From assembly GCA_016748015.1 (NCBI GenBank), contig JAAOMT010000197.1:344388-408387 (forward strand): a stretch of 64,000 bases of DNA, in the 5' to 3' direction. The notes under the pieces were generated by a model, which was not told where the DNA came from, did no database searches, and saw nothing but the letters and a program-made list of their open reading frames with translations. Every line of letters begins with the position of its first letter. Position 1 is the stretch's first letter. The stretch is from Geosiphon pyriformis uo1. Lineage: Eukaryota; Fungi; Glomeromycota. Positions 27,099-41,447 of this stretch are shown one piece after another. The position numbers were made by a program, and so were the translations under genes.

Positions 27099-30000
27099 CT
27101 AGGCACCTATATACACTGAGACCAAGTTACCTACACCTGAAAAGAATAAACTAGATTTCCGAAACCCAAAACCAACACCAAGTGCATCAGCAATACCCAA
27201 CAATCTAACCACACTGGACAAGAGCACCAAAGGAAGACCAGAAACTGAGATAGGAATAGAGCCATCACACGAAACCAAGCCACTTTTTTCCATAACAGCT
27301 CTGTGTTTCATATGCACCAACCAAATATCATTATGGAATGCAAGACAGAATTCGCGAATAAATGCCACAATATTTTGAGCCACTGTTTTAGAGTTCTTAA
27401 AAACAGAAAGAGATTCACGATACTATTCATTGAAAACAAAGTCCTTACATATAGCCATACTAATAACAGCATTGGAAGTGCAAGCAAAAAGCAACTGTAA
27501 AACACATGAAGTTGAATAAGATAAACCTGAGTGCGTTTTCCAAACAGATACATAAGCGTTTATCAACTGAGCACGATCACCAGCATCGAATGAACACGAA
27601 AACACATGATCTGAAATTTCAACATTACCACAGAACAAACACATCACATTGAGGTACCCCTTATCATAAAGTCATTTTCGCACAGCAACAGGAAGACGAT
27701 GATGCAACGCCTTCATAAAATATGTCCGAGATCCAGCAGTATGAGCACTAGTGAAACCAGTGGCCAAATGAGAGTCCAGATGCCACACTGAACATGATCT
27801 GAACCAATCAACATCAGCACGTAGGCTGTCCACCAATATCCGAGAACCAGAACCGACCTCCCAATGAGCACGTTAAATAGAGCGGAAAACACCACGAACA
27901 AAATGCCTAGAATTACCAGAAACCACAATACTGCCAGCCTTGAGAAAATGTTCATCAATCCTGTGAGGAAGATGCACACCAGAAGACACAGCAGCCCTAG
28001 CCAAAGTGTTAGCACACTCATTGCCCAAAACTTCAGAGTGACCTCTAACTTTAATTCAATTAATATCCAAATTTTTGCGACGAATGACATTAGAAATATG
28101 GCGGTGTTTAACCTAATACCGATTCCTGAAATCTGGACACTCCAACATTAACTCTGACTTGCATGCATTCAAAGCGGCCTGGCTGTCCGAAAACAGATTA
28201 ACCAAACAAGAAGGAGAAACACACTCGAGAGCCAAAGCAATAGCCTGCAGCTCCGTCATGATAGAAAAAACCAAACCAGAAACTTCCACACCCAAACCCA
28301 AATCAATGTCCTCAAAAAAAACAGCTGCACCAGTCTTCATACCAAGAGTACCCAGCCCACACAGAGAACCATCTGTAAACAGAGAAAGGCGATCAGAATC
28401 AACCTTCAACAAGCGATTGCAAACAACATCAAACTCACAAGACTCAAGTACATCAGACAAGCCAACATTTAATGGCAAAAGAGAACAAATGGGAGATGAC
28501 CCAGAACCAGACAAAAAGCAAACAGCAGCATTGAACCAATCAGGAATTGGGCCTTGAGGGTCCAGTCTCTTCCACCGCTTGAAAGTCCTCCATTCGAAAA
28601 CAGAACCAGTTCGATCGCAAAGCTGCTCAACAAAGACAATTCCATATTGTCGAAGCAAAGAGACACATTTATAAAAAGTAAACTTGCCAAGAACAATAGA
28701 CATTGGGGTCCCCTTTTGAAAACAAAAAACATTGGTCACGAGACCACTCAGAGAAAGGTTGCAACCCAAAAAAATCCGAACGACACCAGCCAAAAAATTA
28801 TTCAAAGAACTGACATTAATACGAGAAGGGAAAAGCAGGGGGTGACGAGGGCACCAGCTGAGAACCTGTAAATCATGAGACCTATGCACGAACAGGCAGC
28901 CCAAAATACCCACTGAATTGGCAAAACAAATAACAGCAGCTGACTTGCTTTCAGCCTGGATCTGTTCAAAAGATTTCAACCTGTACAGAGAAGGATGATG
29001 AATAGCATCATTGGGAAAGTCGAGTGACAGGCCAGATTTGGACTTCAAACCTTTACAAATCATAGTGTCCCATTTCACACACACACTAATAGGAACAAAA
29101 CTAAACTGAGTCCTGTAGGCAATTATGGGGTGAAGAACCGCCGACACCAAATACAAAAATTGCTTATCAGAGATAGCTTTTCTCAGAACAAGGTTGGTGA
29201 AAAACTGGACATCCAAGCATGCCTTAGCCAAGCTAGGCTTTGATAAATCTTCAGTAGACAGAAAGATACCTAGGTACCAATGAGGCTCTCCCCTTTTGGC
29301 TATCAAAATAGGCAAACCACTAATCAACAAATGAGGGCTGGAAACTCTACAATTAATGAGAATGGCCACCGTTTTGTCATTATTGATCGAAATGTCATTG
29401 ACTCTAAAAAACTCACTAACAATATTGAGAATATGTTGGGTGGCAGTCTGGCTGCTACCAATCCAAATCGTATCATTGACGAAAACACCAGCAGCGAGGA
29501 AAGAAGTCAAACCAGCCCGAGATTTAGCATGATCAGTGTTGGCAACAAAACGAGAGTCTAACCTGTATCCACATACACTTTCTTGTCTCTTGACCTTACA
29601 CAAAAGGGAATCATAAAATATGCGCTAGAGAAGAGGAGAAAACACCTCCCCTTGATCCAAACCATCATGTACCCAATATTCATCAGTCAACCCAAAATTT
29701 GTCATAACTCTGTTGACCCGATCATTGTGGATGCTGCCAAAAAACCGAATGAATTTGTTACACATTTTTATTCTGACCAAGCTCTTCCTCAGATGCTCCC
29801 AGCCAACAGAATCATAAGCTTTTTGCATGTCTTACAAGACCAGCCACAGCTCTCAGTTCTTCTCCAAAGCATTCTCAATGACCGATCCAATAGCGAAAAT
29901 AGGAGACTGCATGATCGTGCCTTTTAAAACAAAAAAATTATTCCCCTTCAGAACGTCAAAAACACTACAAGCCGAAGAAATTCTGTCTGAAAGCACTTTA

Positions 30001-31787
30001 GAAAGGATTTTGCGAGCCGTCTCAACCAAAGCAATAGGATGGGTATTTGTGAGAATGCCCTACCACTCATATGGTTTGGGGATCATTGACACCCAAGCCT
30101 CCTTCCAAGGCCCAGGAACAGATTCCTGCTCCAAGCAAACATTCAAAAGCACTAAGAGCATATTCAAAACTGATTTGTTGCAATGTTTCCACAACTCATT
30201 CGAGATGCTAGAGAGACCAGCTGCTTTCCCATCAGGCAGGTTCGAAACGACACTAGACATCTTATCAAAATCAATTAGGCTCATTACACCAGAAAAAGCA
30301 TCATCAAAAACATACTCTAAAGGCTGATATTGGTGATCCCAAACACCAGTAACATCAGAAACTACATTGCACTTCCTAGTCCATTCCTCCATGACTGCAT
30401 CTACTTTGGCCTTAACCAGAGCAGACTCCAAAACCAACTCATCATCAACAACCAGATGATCCAAAGTTACTTTGCAAAAAAGATGTTCCAACACACTCCT
30501 AATAGTATGATCTTTGTCCAATTCAAAACTTTCCATCCTCTTATCTATCGCCGATCTGATTTGAGATTCTCTAACTTGCTTCACTTCCGACATTTTGAAT
30601 GCGTGATAAGACTTTTTGACCTTAGACAAAGCTGACCGAATAGCATCGAAGTAGGAACCTGATAGGAAGAGAGACTTTACCGCAGAAGCATTGACTGAAT
30701 CCAAACCTTCCCACCTGTCAAGCAAGGATGTAAACTCTTTAGCAGAATCCATATGAGATGCTTTAACTAACTTAGACACCAAGAGCTCTAGCTTGTGAAA
30801 TTTGGACGAATCCTTGCTAAAATTTTTAACATATCTTTTGAACCATTTTTTCTTGAAAACTGTCTCAGCAGACAGACACATTACTTTATGGAGAGCAACC
30901 CACATCGAATTCAAGTCCGAGCGGACTCTGGCTGCAAGAAAATCATCATGAAACATAGCAGCATTTGCTGCCGTATCTTCTTTAAATTTGGCCCATTTAA
31001 CATCATCTGCACCTTTGTAATCGTACTTTCAGTGATCTCTATTTGCTTGCTTGCAAACAGAATTCAACTGAACATCGAGCAGACCACTCAAACCCACTAA
31101 CACTGAGACAGCCAGATGATCAGTATCAAAGTATTCCCCAATGCCAAACACATTGCGACCCACTATCACATTGACCAGATTTGAAGAAATAAACATAAAA
31201 TCAATCGTCTTAGCAATACCCCAAGAATTGGACCAAGTTGGCAATTTCCCACAGGAGCTCCCACCCAAGGCATTAACCAGACCCAAATTCAGACACTTTC
31301 TAAAACTTGCACATTTGTGAGAACCGTCTTCATTGAAATCGTCACTGAAAACAACGAAGAAAGATTCATTAACAGTTTTTGCAATGAGAGAGTTGACTTC
31401 GCCAGCCTGAGAGAACCAAACTGCTGAGAAAGCACCAGCATACAGATCCAGAATAGACACCGAAAGTTTATTTTTGAAAAGTAACTTAATAGACAAGAGC
31501 CGACCAGGCACCTCTAATACTTTGCACATATGCCTTGCCAAAGAAGAATTCATGACGACTACAACACCAGCACCCAGATATCCAGATTCCAAACCAGAGG
31601 TAAACATCTGCACACCATCATATTTGTTGACAATCCAGGGGTGAATTTTTCCTTTTAACTTTGATTCTGTAAAAATAGAAACTAAATTGTTCTTCTCCAT
31701 ATGCCAATGAATGACATCATCTTGTTTTGCAAGATTATTCATACCTCTGACGTTGCAAGTAGCAATATTTCAAACCAGACTGTTCAT
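27099..31787 (-). pseudogene. LINE ORF2 (endonuclease, reverse transcriptase, RNase H, C-terminal CCHC) with stop codons
   Basis: Motifs IATCNVRG, DFNE, IDFMF, TDHLAV; QDMQKAYDSVGW, GLDQGEVFSPLL, FVNDT; FTDGS..ELQAI..SDSQAAL; CLFCGNVEISDHVFSC. Confidence 0.92.
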
Positions 31788-33574
31788 TAAGATGAAAAGA
31801 AATTTGAACCCGCCCCAAAACTGTCCACTTTGGCTAAAAGTCCCAGAACTGTTTCCATCAGACACTTCATGCTGTCTTCCAACTTGAACACCAAAGATAC
31901 ATTGAAAAACACCGCACCCACAACAATCTCACCACTAGTGGCTGTACCTGAATCCTTACTTATCACTATATCCGCCCCTTGATTCTGTGATGAAGGGGTC
32001 ACCAACAGCTGACATCCAGGGCTTGGCTGGGAAACCATTGGTCCAAGTGCATCCAGCCTCTTAGCCAGCTTACCCATCTGCTCCGCGAGGCTGGCGAGAC
32101 TGTGCTCAAGAGCAGCAAACCTATCATTGACTTCTATTGAAACTGGCAGGGACGGCACCATCTCCGAAGAGGAACCAGATTTCACTGAAGCATTTTGTCC
32201 AGAGAGAGGAGGAAAAGAAGACTCATTAGCAACCTTTGCCCAAGAGAGGCCACCGAAAGAGACTGGACGAGCAACTGGAGCTGATCACTTGGTATAGATG
32301 GCTGCTAATCTGCTTTTATCTGTGTCTGACAGGACTCTACGCGAAGACAAACCTGAAGAAACTCTCTCACCAATTGCACAGCCCAATGACATATGGCCTG
32401 ATTTCCCACACTTGGCACACTTGGCCGAAACAAGACAAGACCAGTGTAGATTGGTGCCCTTTAACACTGGTGTGGTTCCCATGATGGCATTCAATGATTC
32501 AGCAGAATCAAAACAGATGACAGCACACCTAGCCCTAGCATACATAACCAGATGATGATCAATAACACATGTCTTCCCACCCACAGAACCAATAAAATCC
32601 CAGATGTTATGAGTAGTCGTTTCCATTGGCAGAGTATAAAACAGCGCCCTATGCTGGTCCTTCACATCCCATGATTTTTTGTCCAAATCTGATCTAGCCA
32701 CCCGCACAGCATCCTTTCCAATTAAGATTGACCACTTTGCCATGACCAAATCAGCATGATCTGATTGCTCAAATTCTATCACAGCCTTCTGCCACAGCCC
32801 CACCAATTGCATCTTGATCAACTTAATTATCCCAAACTCAGAGAGTGCAGCGCACACAGCCTCAGCTGATGTTCCAACAGGAATTTCTTTTAACACCACA
32901 GCCCGATCTGAGCGACCAGCTGATCTCTTAAGATTGGTGTTTACCATGATATTCACACTAGTAGCTTTTTCAATGGCTTTCATTAGACCCGATTCAGAAG
33001 TAAATGTTACTCTGATGATCCCTGAGAACTTTGAGGGGGTAGATGCCCCCCCAAAACCATTGATTCCTGAAAATAAACTCCTGATCCTTTTGAGCTTTTC
33101 CTGGGCCAAATTTCCTTCTACCACTTTTAGATCTAAATCCAAAGCAAATGACTTTCTAACAGAAACATTGACCAGGTTCTTAAGAGGAGGAAAAAGCACC
33201 AGAGAGGCATCCAGAAGAATATCATCATTATCATTGTTATCCAGGAAGTCGATCTTTCCCAAAGGTTTTCCCAATGCTTTCCTAGTTGTCACCTGTGAAC
33301 CTTTTGGCGTTTGATCTAAATTTCCACCAACGAGTACACTACCTTCACCATAATCAAAACTTGTTTCCTCTACAAGACACTCCTCTTCCATATCAACACT
33401 GTCAGATTCTGTGGTATCACCAGTCTCCAAACCCCATGAACGACCACTTTGCATCTTAGCAGAACCCTCTTCAGCACCAGCATTGTCCTCAAGAACACCG
33501 CCTCTTCTCTTTTTCCTTGACAGAACAGCCTTGAAACCACCCTTAGAGCCAGAACTTTTAACTATCTGTTTCAT
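31787..33574 (-). pseudogene. LINE ORF1 (gag-like; RRM-like segments and zinc knuckle) with one internal stop
   Basis: ORFs 32285-33574 and 31787-32185 are in frame across a TGA; zinc knuckle CAKCGKSGHMSLGC. Confidence 0.88.
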
Positions 33575-34146
33575 GACAGCAATACTAGGGCCAACAACAG
33601 CCTCGTAATCAAGCAGAAATGGTTTGGATTTATCGTACTGAATGGTAAAAAACTTCTTCCAAAAAACTTTTGACTCTTTTTTGGGATTTGTGGAGGAACG
33701 AGAGAAAGAAGTTTTTGTTTATTGTTTTTAATAATAGCTGTAATATTTAAAAAAATAATTATATTATTGTGAAAAAAACCAAAAGTTATTTTGTTATTAA
33801 ATTTATTAAATTATTATATTTTAAACAATATTATTCAGATTTTATTAAAAACTATATCAAATTGATTATAAAACTAAAAAATTTTAAACATATTTTTTAA
33901 AATAGTTTTAAAAATAATAATTTATTAAGAGAATATAAAAAATATTTTAAAAAATTCCAATTATAATTATCTATATTTTTATTGTTGTAATTACTATTTT
34001 TTTAAATCCGATTTGGTTTTACCAGTAATTAAAAAACTATTAAATTAAAAGAATTAATAGATTTGTAACAATTTGTTACAAAAAAAATCTGTAATAATCT
34101 TGAAAAAGCAGTAATTTAATATTGTGATACGTAATTTTGTTTGTTT

Positions 34147-34184
34147 CGTCGATCACTGTGCCATATATGGCGCAGTGATCGACG
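34147..34184. repeat. 38-bp palindrome containing CACTGTG/CGCAGTG
   Basis: cgtcgatcactgtgccatatatggcgcagtgatcgacg, with one mismatch. Confidence 0.9.
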
Positions 34185-35018
34185 TCTCAATCTGTTTTAA
34201 ATTATGTAATATTAATTATTTTTATTAGTTAAAAATAAATTACATATATTATATCACATGGTTTTTGAATTTAATATATGCCATCTGTATATTATAATAT
34301 AAAAATACATCAAAATTTTTGGTGTAACTGCTTTTATTCTTGTACAACAAGAAGTTTTTTTTGTTTTAAACAATATTTAAGTTACAAAAAAAACTTTTAT
34401 ATTATAAATATAAACATAAAAATTTGTATATTAGATATAAGCTAAAAATTCTAAAGTGTTAAAGACAACAAATTATATAAAATTTGACTTTTTAAACTAT
34501 TTTAAATAATATTCACTTAAATGTATCAATTAGTACTATAATTAATAGTATATTAGCAATTTTAAATATAATATATTATATATTATATTAAGGTTAATAT
34601 TTTAATATAAACATAAGGCAAAAAAAAATAACCAGTTTGTCTTTAAAAGAAAGTATGTATATATGTCTAATAAAAAACTATGTGTTAAAAGACTAAAATT
34701 ATTTCTATTCTAATTTAGAACTTATTTTTAATATAGAACTGGTTAATTAATTTCAAAATTATGTTAGTAAAAATTTATTTCAATTAAGTAACCAAGTATC
34801 TATAAATGAAAATAAGATTTTTATTATATCTTAACACTAAAAAATATGCTTTGATGTATCAAAAAATTTTAGATAATATTCTTTACGAAATTTAATTTTT
34901 TATAAAATATGTAGATTTATCAATTACTATCCAAAAAATTATTAAAAATAAAATTTTCAACAGTATTTATTCTTAATTATAACCTTATGAATACAATACA
35001 AAGATTTAAAGTTTATGG

Positions 35019-35986
35019 TATTACCAATAGAATTTTAGCTCTTAAATTAGCTGAAATTACTTTTATAATTCTTATCATTAATTAATATATATTAAATATT
35101 GTTTTAATTATCACTTATTATTTAATCAAATTATTAAATATTACTAATTAATTAATAATCTAATTTGTACAATAAAAAGTAAAATAATCAAATTACACAA
35201 TATTCCAAACTATATAATATTCAAAAATTCACCAAAATTTGTAGAAATTTGCAAAATATCTTGATAGTTTACTGAAACTATTCATAGTTTGTAAAAACAA
35301 TTTGTAGTTTATTAAAATATATCTTTAATTTATCAAAATTATAACAAAAAAAAAAGTTTAAGTTCATAAACTAGTATTATAACAAGTTATATAAAAGAAA
35401 AGCTTTTTTCTTCAAAAAAATATATTTTAGTTAGAATTAATTATTTTATACACATTTTTACAAAAAAACAAATAAAAATTAAATACTTTAAAAACTTAAC
35501 TTCTTTAAATAATTATACTTGACATTCCTTAAAATCTAACTAACATTGTTAAAATTGATTAGTTACCAATTTTAATAATCAATTATTAATTCTAGATCTA
35601 AACAAAAAACAATTCTTTTAACAAAATTTTATTTTTTTTACATTTTTTTTATTTTTTTTTATTTTTTTTATTATAATTATTAAGATAGTCTACAAATAAG
35701 ATTTTTGCAAAAAAGTTGATTTTTACAGTAAAATAACTATATATTTCTAGTAAACTTTTAGATAAACAATTTCTGAAAAAAAGTTGATATTTATTACAAT
35801 GTAATTATACAAAGTAATTAGCACAGAATTGGCCATTTTATTTATAAGTTCAGCAGTTCAAATTATAAGAAATAATTTGAAAATAAATTCAGTTATTAAA
35901 GGTTTAAATATTTTTAAAAACATGAATTTACAGCAGACAGGCATTAACATTATATAAAAAAAAGAGGCCAAAAATTTTTGGTAATA
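35019..35986 (+). repeat. 5' LTR
   Basis: tattacca...tggtaata; colinear with 44840-45691. Confidence 0.88.
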
Positions 35987-38900
35987 TTTAATGCTTTTCT
36001 TATAAAAATAACACAACAATAACAACTTCAAAAGTGGTAACTGCATTAGACATAACAATTTTAGAGTACTATCAGTTAATTTACACTCACTGTAAACAAC
36101 AATTTAGAATTTAAGACAAAATTATAGTTTTTAAGAAAACACTTTTCCAATACATTAAAAACCAAATTAATAAATGCTTTTTTAGAGACTACAATATTAC
36201 AGAAATTAAGTGAAATCTTCTTGAAAATCTCATTCACTACTTAAACAAAAACCCAAAAAACATTAATGCTAATAGTTGTGCTACTTATTTTAAAGAACTT
36301 AATTATAATATTATTATGTTTTGTGAAAAAAAATATCTTGCCAACTTACAATTTATTTTTGAACTTAAGTCTAAATTTGAAACAAACAAAAAAATATGTG
36401 ACTAATTTATACAACACCTAATACACTGAAAACAATCTTTTAATACCTGTAGACACTAAAACAAGAAACTAGTTCTAAATTACTACTTTTAATCACACTC
36501 TTTTCAGCTTTACTTGCTCAAACCCAAATACCAAATTCATTACTCAATTATTTTTTACATTACCAAAAAGCCCAACACAATAGCTTAAACAAATTTTTAC
36601 TAGTATCAATCTTCTTGATTTTCTAGCAGAAAACCAAAGCAATTACTTTGATAACAATGAAAACATTTCTGAATCTACAGAAAAAAAAACTACTAAAAAC
36701 GAAAATACAGAAGATATAACAACTATTTATATTGCAAAAATTACTAAATTCACTAGAAAAAATATTAACACCAGTCCACAAAAATGGCTTGACAAAGTTC
36801 AAAAAACAGAAAATATAAATAAATAGAATGCAACAAGAATATTAAAAACAATTTTATATTTTTTTTAAAGAACAGCAGAAAAATAGTTTAAAAACTTGAC
36901 TGAATTCTTTAAAAACTAATAAGTATTCAAAAATGCTTTCCTGAAACAATTTACTAACAATAACATTTTTATTACTCTTCAAAATTATTTTTGCAATATT
37001 AAACAAAAATTATCTAAAACTGTTATAACCTATTTTAAAAGATTCAATAAACTTTTTTAATAAATTTGACAATTGAAAACCAATAATTACTACTTTAATA
37101 TCTAGATTTTGAATTAATTTATTGCAAAATTAAAAAACAAACTCATTAAAAAAGTTTGACCACATATTTTAGAAGATTTAATCATTGCTATTTAATATGT
37201 TAAAACTTATAAAATAGCAATAAAAAAAGCTAATTACACCAAACTTGTAAATTTTGCAATTGAAAAAACCAGCTCAGTAGCTAAAAAAAAGATTAATTAA
37301 TTGACAAAAAAAGTCAAAAATTATTTTACCAATTAATAACAACAACAGCAACAAAGATACTAATTATTCTAATAATATAATCAAAATAACTATGTAGTAT
37401 TATCAAACAACCAATCTTAAAGCTATTACTATTGTAGAATTTCTGAATACTGGAAATAAAATTGTCAAAAAATGCAATAAAACCAACAACAAAAAAATAA
37501 TTAATATTATTCTTAACTTTAGCAATCTTATTACCAATTTTCATTACTAGCTTATTATTTATCAAAACTTTAATACCAGAATAATTACTATCAATTTGCT
37601 TCACAACCTATTTAATAATAGTATTAATAACTACCAGCTTAGTAATATCAAATATTTGTCTTAAAATTGGGTCAACAAAACCAATTTACATCTCAAAACC
37701 AATTTGTAACAAACAATAACCAATTTAATTTCAATAACCAATTGATTTTCTAAAACCCAGTTCAGTAAAAACCAATACATTACCACACTCAACTCAGTTA
37801 TTTTACAATGTCAGAAGAGTTGAATTTTCAATAAACTGCATTTTTTGAAAGTAAAACTACAATACCAAGACAAAACTTTTCTAATAATACAATTTTATTA
37901 GCCAGAATTGTTCAAAATGCCAACTTCTTGAATATATTTTCATTTAAATTTGAAGTCAATAAATTACCATTTCTATTTAGTAATACAGTAGTTAATAAAC
38001 AAAAGGTGATTACAGTAATATATACAGAAACCAAAATTGAAGAAAAACCAATTTGGTTAATTTGAAACAGTATATCTGCTAGAAGTATTATCATTTATCA
38101 GTTGATACAACAGCTTAAACAAAACATTAACAAACCAGTCCAAACAGTTATTGTCACAGTTGATGTTATAAAAAAACTTTAATAAGAGAAATTAACAATT
38201 TTTCTTTTATAATTAATAGAATTACTATTTTAGTTAAAGTTCTTATGATAGATATATTCCAATATCAAGCCCTTATTAAAAACAATTGGCTTCTCAAAGC
38301 CAATGCAAACCTAAATTGAGAAACCCAAAAACTTAAAATTTTATACCAAAAACAATATATTTAAGTATTTACTACATATAATACTTTTAATAAATAATCC
38401 AAAAAAGCCTTAGTGCTTAAATTTAAAGAAAAAAAAATGCCAATTACTAAAACATAGATGGCTCTTAAATTAACATTCAATTGGGCTGAAAAAACAAAGC
38501 AAAAAATCTTTAAGAAAACCAGAGAATGAAACATTGTTTAGTATTTAATACCAAAATCATAGAACAACCACTTTATATCTTACTTAAATATAAAAACTAC
38601 AACAAAAAGCTTTTATTAATGGGAGTCTGCATATTCTCAAAAGAGAAATATGAAACACATACCTGCTATTTTTGTAAAACATGCCATAGAGAACAATTCA
38701 GATATTTCAAATAAAATAAAAAATAAAACAATACTTTTTGTTTTATATGTAAAAAAATGCTACCAAAAGAATACAACTGAATTAATGTTGCAATGAAAAG
38801 AAAAGTTTGTAATCAAATCTGTTAATATGCACTTTTAATTGCAGAAAAAGTAAAAAAAAGAACCTTTTTTAATACAACATATAACAATGTCTTTAACAAA

Positions 38901-39344
38901 CTCTACTATTACCTACACAATACTAAAATAATCTACAAATTGGTCATGGTTTTAATTAATAAAAGAATTCAAGAAAATGTATGCCAAATAAAAAAAGCAA
39001 AATACATTAAGTATACAATAGAATTAGCTGGATTTAATTATAAAAATGAAGTAGAAACTTATTACCAAATTACAAGCTATGTTTACCTGACCAAAAAAGC
39101 TCAAATTTAATAATTAAAGCAAATGAATATTCAATTATATAAAGAATATATTATGCCTTGTGATAACTAATAATGTCCAGAATGCTATTCTCTTAACACC
39201 TTTTTGCCCAATAAAAAAGATAAACATGAAATCGAATTTAAAAATTCTGAACTGGAAGAAAAAATTACAATCACATTAATCTACTTGGTTAAAAACCAGT
39301 TTATTATACAACTCAAATATTTTAACAACAATGATCAAGAAATT

Positions 39345-39740
39345 TAACCAGAAAAAGCCCATGAAATTAATATTAAATATGATCTATGATATTCTAATAA
39401 GAATACTTTAATCTTTTAATTCAAGTCTCTAACAAAAATCAATCTAAAAATTGCTTTCAAAATTTTATTAAGAGCAATAGTTCAAATTGCTTCTTGATTA
39501 TTATTGGCAAGCAAAAAAATCAACATTAGAGAAGAAATTATAAATACAGAATATACTGAAGACATTACAATTTTGTTACAAAATAAAACTAATAAATCAT
39601 TCAAAATTAAGTATACTAAAAAAACTGTTTAAGCAATCTACTTATTTTTAATTAATATTTCAGGTTTATAATTAGTTAACAATAGAGAACAATTAGGAAA
39701 AAGTAAAAAAAACCCCAAGGTTTTGGTTCAACTGGACAAT
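39345..39740 (+). pseudogene. Retroelement-borne dUTPase relic
   Basis: PEKAHEINIKYDL (motif 1), VQIAS*LLLASK (motif 2), IINTEYTEDI (motif 3, GxIDxxYxG), A/V-Q-AI (motif 4) and QGFGSTG (motif 5). Confidence 0.8.
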
Positions 39741-40515
39741 TCACAGTTGCAGTAAATATAACTTTCAATGTATAAAATAAATCTTACCAGATTTTTTGAC
39801 TTTTATAACTAATTACCATATTATCTTTTAGAAAACATTACAAAATTTACACTTGCCTAAAACCAACCACTATTCAAAAAATCTTTAAATCCAATAAACA
39901 AATTTGTTAAACACATGAAATCTTAATCTTAAACATTTATATTCCAAAAAAAATGAAAAAATTTTGAGTTATTTTTTACAATTTAAATAACTACTTCATT
40001 ATTTTATTAAATAAAATAGAAATTAGAATTATACATAGTAACATTTTTTAAGAAAAGCTCTCAGATTGTTTTTAATTTTATTGAAATTGTAAGATATACA
40101 CTATTTCCAAACCCAAATATTAATTTTATAACTAAAAACTATTATATTTTAGAAAAAAAACTTTTTCAAATCAATATAAGTCTTTTGGAATTCCAACAAC
40201 AAAGACAATTAAAACAGTTGATTGCCAAATATACTAATATATTTGCCAAAGATAATAATAATCTTGAAAAAACCAATATTGTATAGCATTAGATTTATAC
40301 AGAAAATGTTCTACTAAAATATTAACAAATCTATTAAGTTTTATCTGCTAGCCACAAATTCATCAAAGAAAAAGTTCAACAAATACTCAATAATGGTCTT
40401 ATCTAATCATTAAAAAGCCTTTGGGCCTTACCAATAGTTTTTGTTAAAAAAAAAATGGCAAAATCAGATTTTGTATAAACTATTAACAACTAAATAGTGT
40501 CACAATTAGAAATGG

Positions 40516-41447
40516 TATTATCAGAGGTTTTTGGTTTCTTTTTTTAATTGTTGTTAATGTCTGTTTGCTGTAAATTTATGTTTATTAGAAGTTATTAAAT
40601 CTTTAATAACTGAATTTATCTTTAAATTATCTCCTATAATTTGAACTGCTGGACTTATAAGTAGAATAACCAATTTTATGCTAGTTACTTTATATAGTTA
40701 TATTGTAGTAAACATCAATTTTTTCTCAGAAATTGCTTATCTAAAAGCTCAATAAAAATGTGTAGTTATTTTGCTGTAAAAGTTAACTTTTCTATAAGAA
40801 TTTTGTCTGTAAGTTACCTTAATGATTATAATAAAAAAAATAAAAAAATGTAAAAAAATATAAAAAAAATAGAATTTTGTTAAGAGAATCGTTTTTTGTT
40901 TAGATCTGAAGTTACTAACAGATTATTAAAATTGATAGCTAATTAATTTTAAAATGTTAATTGAGTTTTGAGAATTTCAAGTATAATAATTAAAGATTTG
41001 ATTTTTATTTAATTTGTAAATATATGTAAAAAATAATTGATTTTAACTAAGATATCTAAGAATAAGATACATTTTTTCAAAGAGAAAAATTTTTCTTTTA
41101 TATAATTTGTTATAATACTAGTTTTTGAATTTGCATTTTTTTTTTTGCTATTATTTTGATAAATTAAAGATACATTTTAACAAACTACAAGTTATTTCTG
41201 TAAACTATTGATTATTTCAGTGAACTATTAATTATTTTTACAAATTTTTACAAATTTCAGTGAATTTTTGGATGTTATATAGTTTAGGGTATTGTATAAT
41301 TTGATCATCCTAATTCTCATTGTATAAATCAAATTATTAATTAACTAATAATATTTGATAATTTGATTAACTAATAAGTAATAATTAATAATAGAAATTA
41401 TAAAAATGATTTTATGTTAATTAATAGCTAAAATTCTACTAATAACA
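40516..41447 (-). repeat. Solo LTR of the same family inserted in reverse orientation into the RT domain
   Basis: Reverse complement of the LTR; RT motifs resume on either side. Confidence 0.88.

Larger units (their letters stand above)
26968..33729 (-). mobile_element. Near full-length non-LTR retrotransposon (LINE with APE, RT and RNase H), inactivated
   Basis: Contains ORF1 and ORF2 and an A-rich 3' tail at 26968-26985. TSD is aatactagctgtaat (26953-26967) / aataatagctgtaat (33730-33744). Confidence 0.93.

Noticed and set aside
27303-33608. Many plus-strand ORFs over the LINE
   Set aside because: Antisense shadows of ORF1/ORF2 with no independent motifs.
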